Virus record (IMG/VR): IMGVR_UViG_3300036713_000250
Location: 1 to 42,819 of that record
Direction: 5' to 3' (one strand)
DNA: 42,819 nucleotides
Source: a virus
Lineage: Duplodnaviria; Caudoviricetes
Each line of letters begins with the position of its first letter. Position 1 is the stretch's first letter. The translations under genes and the position numbers were made by a program. This document shows, one piece after another, positions 35,150 to 42,819 of this stretch. The notes beneath the pieces are model-generated. The model was not told the DNA's origin, did not search any database, and saw only the letters and a list, made by a program, of their open reading frames with translations.

Positions 35150-36726
35150 GTATAAAAGACAGTGCAAATTTAGTAAGAAATTGGAACTTCAGGAATGGAG
35201 GACTTTTGGATGAAACTGGAAATAGTACAACCGCAACCGTTACAAATAATATCCAATGGTTGAACTCAAGATATGGAAGATGTTTAAAATATGATGGTGA
35301 CTCTGGACGGTTGGATGTTGGAACTTCGGGTTTTGGGGCAGGCAACATTTCATTTATAGCTATAGTGAATTTAGAAAGTAGGGGAGAGTCTAATGTAGGT
35401 AGATTGTTTTTTAACGGAAAATTAGATGTAAGAACTTCTACTATTGGAGGTTTTAACGTGGCAAGGGATGGGTCTACTTTTGTGGACTCTGGGAATGTAA
35501 TAGATTATGGTACAGACTTTTATCACCTAGCCTTTACTAGCACAAGTGCAGGAGTTACAAATCTATATATAAACGGAATATTAAGTGGTGCAGCAGATCA
35601 AGACGCAGGAACGCCTGCAACAGCTACAACAAACGATTTTATAGGTAATAATAATACTGGAAGTAGAACTATCGACGGACGTATTTTAGAAATTCAAGGT
35701 TACGATACTATTCTAACTACTGAACAAATTGCTCAATCAGTAGCAGAGTGGAGGCAAGAGCCACATATAGGAACTTTAGCAAAGAAAAACTTTATTTATC
35801 CTTCTCCACTTAGAGATCAAGATGATGCTTTCTTTAATGGGGTTTTTGATTCTAACAAACTATTATCACAATTAGGTACTGGGAATCCAACTACGACAAC
35901 AAGTGGAATTATCCCCGCACGAGGAGTCTTTAGAAATGAGTTTGATATTTTAGGCGAAAAAGAGGGTAGCGCAGAATGGGATTTAAACCCTACAGATTTA
36001 ACTGATTATACTATTTGGGCTTTAGTTAAGTTGAATTCTAACCCTTCTAGTACATCTGCTGTAATTAGTACAGGAGTAGGGCGAGATGGTATTTTTATCG
36101 ATATTAATGGAATACCTTATGCACGATGTTTTACTACTTCTGAAAACAATGTAAAAGGATCTGCTTCGATTACTGGATCCGGATATTCCTGTTTAATCGC
36201 TACTTATAACAACACAAGTACAGAGAGCAAGTTTTACCTTGATGGTGTATTACAAGATACGCAAACAGAATACCCTATAAATCTTGATAGAGATGAGAGT
36301 TTTGTAGGGGATAATCCTAGAACTGGATTATCAGCAAATGGAGCTAGAATTAGGGTAGCAGCTTGTGGGATTTTCAATTCCATATTAAGTGATGCTGATA
36401 GAGCGGAATTGTGTGAATATGCAAAAAATATCCCTGTATATAAAAATACTTTTGAAGATGCACCAGTAAGTTTAGGGGCAACAAGCCAGGAATTAAACGG
36501 ATGGCGAATTGAAACTGGTACATGGAAAATTGGTGAAGATGCAACAGGTAAGCACTTATTATGTGTTACTGATGGTCAGGTTACTACACCGCTTGAGGGC
36601 GCGAGTTCATTTACTACTGATACTTTTCAGGAAACAGGAAGTGCTACTTTAACAAAGAATACTAATAACTTACAGATTGATGCGGTGGCAGGTGATAAAA
36701 TCTATTCAATAATCTTAACAGTCTAA
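35146..36726 (+). CDS. Tandem LamG-like domain tail protein
   Basis: YHLAFT...LYING...IG...DGRILEIQGYDTILT and a second unit TIWALVK...IATYN...FYLDG...IFNSILS. Confidence 0.75.
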   Translation: MSIKDSANLVRNWNFRNGGLLDETGNSTTATVTNNIQWLNSRYGRCLKYDGDSGRLDVGTSGFGAGNISFIAIVNLESRGESNVGRLFFNGKLDVRTSTIGGFNVARDGSTFVDSGNVIDYGTDFYHLAFTSTSAGVTNLYINGILSGAADQDAGTPATATTNDFIGNNNTGSRTIDGRILEIQGYDTILTTEQIAQSVAEWRQEPHIGTLAKKNFIYPSPLRDQDDAFFNGVFDSNKLLSQLGTGNPTTTTSGIIPARGVFRNEFDILGEKEGSAEWDLNPTDLTDYTIWALVKLNSNPSSTSAVISTGVGRDGIFIDINGIPYARCFTTSENNVKGSASITGSGYSCLIATYNNTSTESKFYLDGVLQDTQTEYPINLDRDESFVGDNPRTGLSANGARIRVAACGIFNSILSDADRAELCEYAKNIPVYKNTFEDAPVSLGATSQELNGWRIETGTWKIGEDATGKHLLCVTDGQVTTPLEGASSFTTDTFQETGSATLTKNTNNLQIDAVAGDKIYSIILTV

Positions 36727-36728
36727 TA

Positions 36729-37028
36729 ATGGGCGAAACAATAAAAAACAATGTAGTTAAAATAACAGTAGGAAGCATAATAGGAGTATTAATATTTTGT
36801 ATCTCGATGACTTGGTATGTGGCAGCGGAAAGAGGAAAAATGTGGGATAAATTACAAACATGTGAGATAGGGATGGAGCATATAACAACAGAATTAAATA
36901 AAATGCAGGTACAAATTGACGAAAACGAAACTACAGGGACAGAGGTTAAAGTTAAGTTAGCAAGCATTGAAGCTCAACTAGCAGGCATAACCATAACTTT
37001 ACAAGAAATTAAACAAGCAGTGAAATGA
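36729..37028 (+). CDS. Membrane protein with TM helix and coiled coil
   Basis: ITVGSIIGVLIFCISMTWYVAA followed by heptad repeats. Confidence 0.7.
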   Translation: MGETIKNNVVKITVGSIIGVLIFCISMTWYVAAERGKMWDKLQTCEIGMEHITTELNKMQVQIDENETTGTEVKVKLASIEAQLAGITITLQEIKQAVK

Positions 37029-37156
37029 AAGAATTAAAGGAATTAATAGAGATCTATCAAATGGAGAACAGGAGGCAGCATACTGTGATTAAGGAGTCGA
37101 TGAAAGAAATGATAAAAAAACTAGATAAAATTGAAAAATTATTAACAGATAAATAA
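37025..37156 (+). CDS. Unannotated 43-aa coiled-coil protein (MKELKELIEIYQMENRRQH...)
   Basis: ATGA overlap upstream and TAATG overlap downstream. Confidence 0.65.
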   Translation: MKELKELIEIYQMENRRQHTVIKESMKEMIKKLDKIEKLLTDK

Positions 37157-38664
37157 TGAGTACATCTAAAATAATGCAGAAACCAGTTATCTTAGGAATA
37201 GATGGGGCGACAATACAAGTAGCTCATCCTAATATATCTAAGTATCCTCGTACGCAATTAGCAGCACAAATAGCAGCAAGTGGGGTTACAATGACGGTAA
37301 GTGATAACAATGGCTTTGAAGATAATGATTGGTTTATTGTGGGAGAGATAGGAGATAATAGAACAGAGGAGGGAGATGTTAATGGAGCGGTGACAAGAGG
37401 TACATCCTTAACTGTTACAAATACCTTAAAGTTTGCACACGAATTAGATAGTCCAGTTACTAGAATACAAGAGAGAGGTATTAAGATTTATGGGGCAGCT
37501 ACAGATGGAGGAGCAGGTACTCTTATTGCTTCTGTAGATGCGATAACAACACCTATTGCTGATGCTGTAAGTATTCAATGGGATAGACCTGTTTATTCTG
37601 AATACACTTTAATATCTACTGATACAACTTATGCTTATTATTTTGTTAAATTTACAGATGGCACTACAGATAGTGCAGCGAGTGATTACATACCTGCGAC
37701 TGGATGGACAGAAAGTCATGTAATTAAAATGATTGAACATGCTTTAGATGAAACGGATTCAGTTTTAGATGATAAAAATATTACTTTAGACATGTGCGTA
37801 AAATGGGCTAATGAATGTCAACAACAGATAACACAGTATAAATATCAAGATCCTGTAAGTGGACATTTACAGCATGTAGATTGGGATTTTGAAGTGGTTG
37901 AAGACACAAGTTTAACAGTAAGTGAGAATGAGATTGAGTATGCTTTGTCAGGGATGACAACCTCGTTGAAATATACTGATTCAGATAGAGCTATAATAAG
38001 TGTGAAATTGGGGTCAAAGAAGCCGTTACAAAAGATTACTATAAAAGAGTTTGATGAGGAGATGGAGAATAAGCCAAGAACTGAGTTAGCAGCAGGGGTT
38101 ACAGCAGGAGATACGAGTATTACAGTTGATTCTAATGTAGAGTTTGAGGATAGTGGAACTTTGTATATTGGTAGTGAAGAGGTTACATATACAGGAAAGA
38201 CTAGCACAGATACTTTTACTGGTATTCCTGCTAGTGGAACTGGGTCTTTTTCTTCTAGTCATTCAATAGATGATCCTGTTTGGCAAAACGTAAGTCCAGA
38301 TTTGCCTACAAAATATACTATATTTAATGGAAAGCTTTTTACAAACAAGCCTATTAAAGCAGACTATGAAAATTATCCTATAAAGATAAGAGGGTATAAA
38401 GCTTTAGATGATTTAACAGAGGCAAGTGACCAGACAGAGGTTTCTTTTTCTAACGTATTTCATTTATTTATTCAGGCAAGGATAGAGCGGAGAAAAGGGA
38501 ATGAAGAGAAAGGAGCTTTTTATTTACAAGAGTTTGATAAACAGGTTTTGAATAACGCTTTAGCTAATGATGTGCCTATTATAGATAATCAAACATATTA
38601 TAATTTTATATCAGACGACAATTTAGGAAGTTGTGAAGATGCTTCTTGTGATTGTTGTAAATAA
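37156..38664 (+). CDS. Putative head-tail adaptor with inserted beta domains
   Basis: Helical KWANECQQQI and FHLFIQARIERRKG segments typical of adaptors; precedes the nozzle-like gene. Confidence 0.55.
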   Translation: MSTSKIMQKPVILGIDGATIQVAHPNISKYPRTQLAAQIAASGVTMTVSDNNGFEDNDWFIVGEIGDNRTEEGDVNGAVTRGTSLTVTNTLKFAHELDSPVTRIQERGIKIYGAATDGGAGTLIASVDAITTPIADAVSIQWDRPVYSEYTLISTDTTYAYYFVKFTDGTTDSAASDYIPATGWTESHVIKMIEHALDETDSVLDDKNITLDMCVKWANECQQQITQYKYQDPVSGHLQHVDWDFEVVEDTSLTVSENEIEYALSGMTTSLKYTDSDRAIISVKLGSKKPLQKITIKEFDEEMENKPRTELAAGVTAGDTSITVDSNVEFEDSGTLYIGSEEVTYTGKTSTDTFTGIPASGTGSFSSSHSIDDPVWQNVSPDLPTKYTIFNGKLFTNKPIKADYENYPIKIRGYKALDDLTEASDQTEVSFSNVFHLFIQARIERRKGNEEKGAFYLQEFDKQVLNNALANDVPIIDNQTYYNFISDDNLGSCEDASCDCCK

Positions 38665-38671
38665 TAAACAA

Positions 38672-40159
38672 ATGATAATACCGCAATTAAATTTTTTAGG
38701 GGGAGCAAATACAAATATTTCGCCATTTTTACAGGCTGAAAATCAGCCGTCAGTTTTGAATGGGGTTGTACCAACTTATAAATTAGGAGCTTTGATAAAG
38801 GACGTGGGTTATAAGCAGGTGGGGGATACTCTTGAAGCGGGGAAGGATATTACAGGATTGTTTGATTTTCACCAAAGTCCTACAGTTCAAAAGATATTAG
38901 CTACTGTAAATAATTCAGGAGATACAGCTTTGACTTTAAAATATAATAACGCAGGAACCTGGACAGATATAAACTTAGGTATACCAAGTACTTGGACAGG
39001 GTATGAGGACGCTTTAGTAGAAATGGAGTCTTTTATTGGATATTGTTTTTTCGTTGGTTACGATGCAACTGATAACGTGTTTTTGCCTGTAGGGTCTTTA
39101 ACTGGAACAACATTTAGCACGAGTACAAATGTTACGAGTATGCCTCAAGCTAAGTTTATTAAGAGGTATAGAGATAGGTTATATTTAGCACATTGTTATT
39201 ATAGCGGTACTAAATATGAGTTTAGAGTTTATTTTAGTAGTGTACCAAGTGCGGGAGCTATTACATGGACACCAGCCTCAGATTTTCTTGATGTAGATTT
39301 TGGTGAACAGATAACAGGATTAGGTAGTAATTGGGATAGATTAATTGTGTTTACGGAAAATAGTGGATATTTATATGATCAAAGCATTTGGAAAAAGGCT
39401 TGGCAAGTGGGATGCAGCAATCACAGAACAATTTGCAATTATAAAACATATACAGTTTGGAGTGATTACGATGGTGTTTGGCTAAGCTCAGGGGGGCAGC
39501 CAGAAAACATATCAGGGACAGTTATAGATTTTATAAGGAACGGCAATCCTAGAAACTTCTTCGCATGTGTAGTTGATGAGGAATATAGGTTACAAGTAGG
39601 ATCAGTTACGGTTAACTCTGTTACATATTCTAATTGTGAATTGATATTTAACTTTGCAACCTCAACTTGGAGATGGAGGGAATACAATGCGGATACACCT
39701 ACAATATATGCACCTTATAATGATTCGGGAAAGATTAAACAGTATATAGGGATGAGTGATGGGGAGGTTATGGAGAAAGGAAAACACACAGATTCTACTT
39801 TAATTAGTAGTGATGATGGTAATGATATATCAGTTAATTTTGAATTGCCTCCGATTCATCTAGGAGAATTAAATTCTTTTAAAGGGATTAAGAAGATAGT
39901 AGCTTACGCAGAAAGAGCGCAAGGGTTAGTTTTGAAATACAGGATTTTAGATAAGAACACTAGAGCTTTAACCCCTTATAAGAAATTAGGAGAACTTACT
40001 AAGTATATGAATGTATATGATGTGTCTAGTGATACAGGAGTAATGTTACAGATAGCGGGTAGTGAAAGCAGTCAGAAAGAATATTTTTCATTTTATGGTT
40101 ATATTTTAGATATTATTAAAGATTCAAAAGTCTATGCCAGTAGTCAGAAACACACTTAG
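38672..40159 (+). CDS. Putative tail nozzle/stabilisation protein (P22 gp10/T7 gp12-like position)
   Basis: NFLGGAN start; propeller-like YRDRLYLA, RVYFSS and ITGLGSNWDRLIVF; ATG 38672 preferred. Confidence 0.65.
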   Translation: MIIPQLNFLGGANTNISPFLQAENQPSVLNGVVPTYKLGALIKDVGYKQVGDTLEAGKDITGLFDFHQSPTVQKILATVNNSGDTALTLKYNNAGTWTDINLGIPSTWTGYEDALVEMESFIGYCFFVGYDATDNVFLPVGSLTGTTFSTSTNVTSMPQAKFIKRYRDRLYLAHCYYSGTKYEFRVYFSSVPSAGAITWTPASDFLDVDFGEQITGLGSNWDRLIVFTENSGYLYDQSIWKKAWQVGCSNHRTICNYKTYTVWSDYDGVWLSSGGQPENISGTVIDFIRNGNPRNFFACVVDEEYRLQVGSVTVNSVTYSNCELIFNFATSTWRWREYNADTPTIYAPYNDSGKIKQYIGMSDGEVMEKGKHTDSTLISSDDGNDISVNFELPPIHLGELNSFKGIKKIVAYAERAQGLVLKYRILDKNTRALTPYKKLGELTKYMNVYDVSSDTGVMLQIAGSESSQKEYFSFYGYILDIIKDSKVYASSQKHT

Positions 40160-42002
40160 GGAGATGGGTTATGTCTTAAACAGACGCCCTTTAGTAGCTG
40201 AAAACAGGGATGATATAATGCCTGCGGATTTAGGTGCGGATATTCCTTTGTCACAGATTAATCAGGTATTACCGCCTAATGGTGTTTCATTAGATAAATT
40301 GACAATTGATAAGTTATATATTAATCAAAACATAGCTTCCAGTAATTTTGAGAGTGGGAGTACAGGATGGATAATTAGAGGGAGTGGTGACGCTGAATTT
40401 AATGATGGTACTTTTAGGGGAACACTAGAAGCTGGTTCAATACATATCCCTGATGAAGATACTACAGACGATTCTTTTCATACGGATTCTACTGGGAATA
40501 GTTGGTGGGGAGCTACTCAAACAGATTGGTTAGCTGATAACGATAACGCTCCTGCTTGGATTAAGAAAGATGGAAGTGCAAAATTTCAGAACGTGACAAT
40601 TGCGGGATCTTTGAATAACACTATATCTTTACCTGCTAATGAAGCTCTAACAGCGGGAGACCCCGCTAAAGTGATCGATGATTTAGGAGTTTCAAAGTTA
40701 GAGATAGTGAAAGGGATTTATGATCAAACAAACGCATCTGGGGGGAATACTAATAATATAAGGATTATAAAACTAGCTGATGACAAGATAGTTGTAGCGT
40801 GGGCAACAAGTTCTTTTGCAGCAGCAATATGCGGGACTATTTCAAATGGGGTTGTGACTTATGGTAGTTCTAAAACTCTGTCAGAAGCAACAGGTATTGC
40901 AGCAGACGAGATTGATTTAGTTAGAGTTAATGATACGACCTTTGTTACGATAATGACTGGTGCAACTAATGGTGATGATGTTTTAGGGAATGTTTTAACA
41001 GTTTCAGGAACAACAATTACAGACGCTAATCAGTATGTAATAAGCAACTTGGGGACAACTTCACATAAGAATCCTATAGCAAAATTAATTAACACAAACA
41101 CGATAGCCTTTGCGTGGCACGATGGACAGGCTAATGCTTATAGAACAGAGGTTTGGGAAGTATCAGGGGATACAATGTCCAGTAGTGCGTCAGCAGTGAC
41201 CGCTTCGGTTTCTGGTGGTTTTGATTTGGGGATGAGTAAAATTGAGGATGATAAGTATATTCTGGTTTATGATGATGCGGGGTCTTCGGACGCAAGGTAT
41301 CGAGTGGCTACTTTTACAGGCTCAAGTATTACATGGGGTTCTGAGGCTGTATTTAACGCTTCATTAAGCAGTAGGGGGTATGTATGTGTATATATTGAGG
41401 ATAATGTTATTGCGGTGTTGTATGATGAGGGGTCAGCTACAGCAGGGAAGGTAGGTGTTTATTCTGAGTCGTCAGGAACGTTGACGGAGTTAGATGTGGC
41501 TAATATTACCACCATTAGTGCTAATGGAGATATATTATATAGTAGAGGTCACATTTATCATTTTACAGGTGATGGTACGGATACAGAGATAGACGTTACG
41601 ATATTAGATTGGGATAGTGTTAACAATAATTTATATACAAGAGATTCTTTTTCTTTTGGGACATCTACCTCCACTTGTGCATGGAACCATATAGCAGAGT
41701 ATAATGAGGGGACTCTTGCAGTTCTAGTAGGGGCTAATGTGATTTGCGGAGGGTTTGATTATTCTTTATATTCAGGAACGGTATCCGAAACAGTGGCGGT
41801 AGCTGAGACTGGCAGTATCTTCTTGCCTGGGTCAACTGATGAAAGCCAATCCAATTTACTACCTAATTTTAATGTTTACTTAGATGCAGAGGCTAATATC
41901 ACTTTAGAAGATTCTACAACTTTATTAAGTGCAACGTTTGATAGTTTTTTAATTGGTAGAGCTACAGATACAGATACATTTATATTAACTGATTTAATTT
42001 AA
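40134..42002 (+). CDS. Putative tail spike/receptor-binding protein
   Basis: IASSNFESGSTGWIIRGSGDAEFNDGTFRG motif of tail-tip proteins, followed by repeated propeller-like blades. Confidence 0.6.
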   Translation: MPVVRNTLREMGYVLNRRPLVAENRDDIMPADLGADIPLSQINQVLPPNGVSLDKLTIDKLYINQNIASSNFESGSTGWIIRGSGDAEFNDGTFRGTLEAGSIHIPDEDTTDDSFHTDSTGNSWWGATQTDWLADNDNAPAWIKKDGSAKFQNVTIAGSLNNTISLPANEALTAGDPAKVIDDLGVSKLEIVKGIYDQTNASGGNTNNIRIIKLADDKIVVAWATSSFAAAICGTISNGVVTYGSSKTLSEATGIAADEIDLVRVNDTTFVTIMTGATNGDDVLGNVLTVSGTTITDANQYVISNLGTTSHKNPIAKLINTNTIAFAWHDGQANAYRTEVWEVSGDTMSSSASAVTASVSGGFDLGMSKIEDDKYILVYDDAGSSDARYRVATFTGSSITWGSEAVFNASLSSRGYVCVYIEDNVIAVLYDEGSATAGKVGVYSESSGTLTELDVANITTISANGDILYSRGHIYHFTGDGTDTEIDVTILDWDSVNNNLYTRDSFSFGTSTSTCAWNHIAEYNEGTLAVLVGANVICGGFDYSLYSGTVSETVAVAETGSIFLPGSTDESQSNLLPNFNVYLDAEANITLEDSTTLLSATFDSFLIGRATDTDTFILTDLI

Positions 42003-42007
42003 AAAAT

Positions 42008-42819
42008 ATGGCAACACAAACATATACAAAAGGAGAAGTAGCAGGGGTGGGCAAGAGGACTCATAGTTTACAAATGCCTGATGAGGGTGAGATTTTTAGA
42101 CTGGTTAGCAGTAGTGATGATGTAGGGAAATCTGGGTATTCTTATGGGATTATGAAAGACGGTAAAATACACGAGTTGAGTTTAAAACAGATGTTGCTAG
42201 ATGATCAAGATAAATGGACAAAAGCAATGGATATGCAAGTGGGGGCAAGTCAACGTGGACAGCTTTTAAAGGATATTCAGAACGGAAAAGAGACAACTAT
42301 AAAAACACCAGATGGAGAAATGGTGGTTAGTTATAGGAAGGAGCCAGGTGAGAAGACTGGTAGTTATTATGTTACAAATCCGAAAACAGGTGAGGAGGTT
42401 AGAGCATGGACAGGTGGAGGAAGCAAGAACCAGATACTTGGTCAAATTGTGCGTAAGGGGTTAGGGATAGAGGCTAGTATTGGTTATAACGTTAATCCAG
42501 ATGATCCTAAGAATATAGATTTTATGAGAGAGAAATTAGGGTTACAAGGTTTAGCGGACGATCAGTTAAACACATATTTAAGAGGCCAGATAAGTGCATT
42601 TGCAGATTTTGCAGATGAGCCTTTAGATTCACAAGAAGCAGTACAAGCTATTCAATCAGCTCCGAAAGGAGATCAATATGGACAGTTTATCAAGTCAGGA
42701 GTACAACAAGCTGATTATACAGGTGAGGGGGATGTGGTTAAGCAGGGTGCAGCCGTTGACTGGGTGATGGATAAAGCGGGGCAACAAAAGGCAGAGGGAA
42801 TGACAGCAGCAGAGTGGGC
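42008..42819 (+). CDS. N-terminal part of putative ejection protein 1 (continues at 350-1559)
   Basis: MATQTYTKGEVAGVGKRTHSLQMPDEG... open to the window end and in frame with ORF 54..1559. Confidence 0.85.
   Translation, partial: MATQTYTKGEVAGVGKRTHSLQMPDEGEIFRLVSSSDDVGKSGYSYGIMKDGKIHELSLKQMLLDDQDKWTKAMDMQVGASQRGQLLKDIQNGKETTIKTPDGEMVVSYRKEPGEKTGSYYVTNPKTGEEVRAWTGGGSKNQILGQIVRKGLGIEASIGYNVNPDDPKNIDFMREKLGLQGLADDQLNTYLRGQISAFADFADEPLDSQEAVQAIQSAPKGDQYGQFIKSGVQQADYTGEGDVVKQGAAVDWVMDKAGQQKAEGMTAAEW
42471..42819 (+). repeat. Terminal direct repeat, right copy
   Basis: Matches 1-349 with 2 mismatches. Confidence 0.98.

Larger units (their letters stand above)
1..42819. mobile_element. Complete podovirus-like Caudoviricetes genome, circularly permuted, 42,470 bp unit
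   Basis: Terminase, portal, capsid, adaptor/nozzle, ejection-like, lysis and replication modules are all present. The ends overlap by 349 bp. No tape-measure or sheath gene and no host genes were seen. Confidence 0.95.

Noticed and set aside
1937-39687. Antisense ORFs in the track (e.g. 1937-2278, 6295-6597, 13496-13870, 18582-18887, 24143-24478, 33251-33643, 37845-38207)
   Set aside because: They lie wholly opposite well-supported genes, have shadow-like S/F/L-rich composition and lack start signals.
33935-42002. Diversity-generating retroelement acting on tail genes
   Set aside because: No reverse transcriptase and no template/variable repeat pair seen.
1-42819. Alternative genetic code (TGA or TAG recoding)
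   Set aside because: Genes are intact and densely packed under code 11, and TGA serves as stop in several ATGA overlaps (11423, 11758, 12396, 35146).

Overview
The window is one complete, circularly permuted dsDNA tailed-phage genome. The unit length is 42,470 bp, and 1-349 is repeated at 42471-42819 with 2 mismatches. Gene order is podovirus-like. The + strand late arm runs terS, terL, portal, scaffold, a sulfotransferase-like gene, a possible decoration protein, major capsid, virion/LamG proteins, adaptor, nozzle and tail spike. It continues through three candidate ejection proteins (one with a CHAP domain, one of 1765 aa with an ADP-ribosyltransferase-like insert), KilA-N, a papain-like peptidase with an SLH domain, and a holin. 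The - strand early arm carries RHH regulators, a PD-(D/E)XK nuclease, an SSB-like protein, CxxC microproteins, an M23/lysozyme-like hydrolase, a C5 methyltransferase, RusA and YopX. Replication uses a lambda-O-like initiator with six internal iterons plus a RepB'-type primase/SF4 helicase fusion. I found no integrase, DNA or RNA polymerase, tRNA or CRISPR array. The most striking features are: (1) almost no Shine-Dalgarno sites, but a TAAC motif 9-11 nt upstream of about 27 start codons, alongside canonical TTGACA/TATAAT promoters; (2) an unannotated 40-aa membrane peptide with its own near-consensus promoter facing the ART-bearing giant gene; (3) a KilA-N gene containing a split copy of its own promoter inverted repeat; (4) a second, early hydrolase plus membrane micropeptide cassette; (5) several long intergenic stem-loops, including a switch-like leader before the capsid genes. 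All family calls come from motif recognition by eye, not database searches. The suggested host (possibly Patescibacteria) is inference only.
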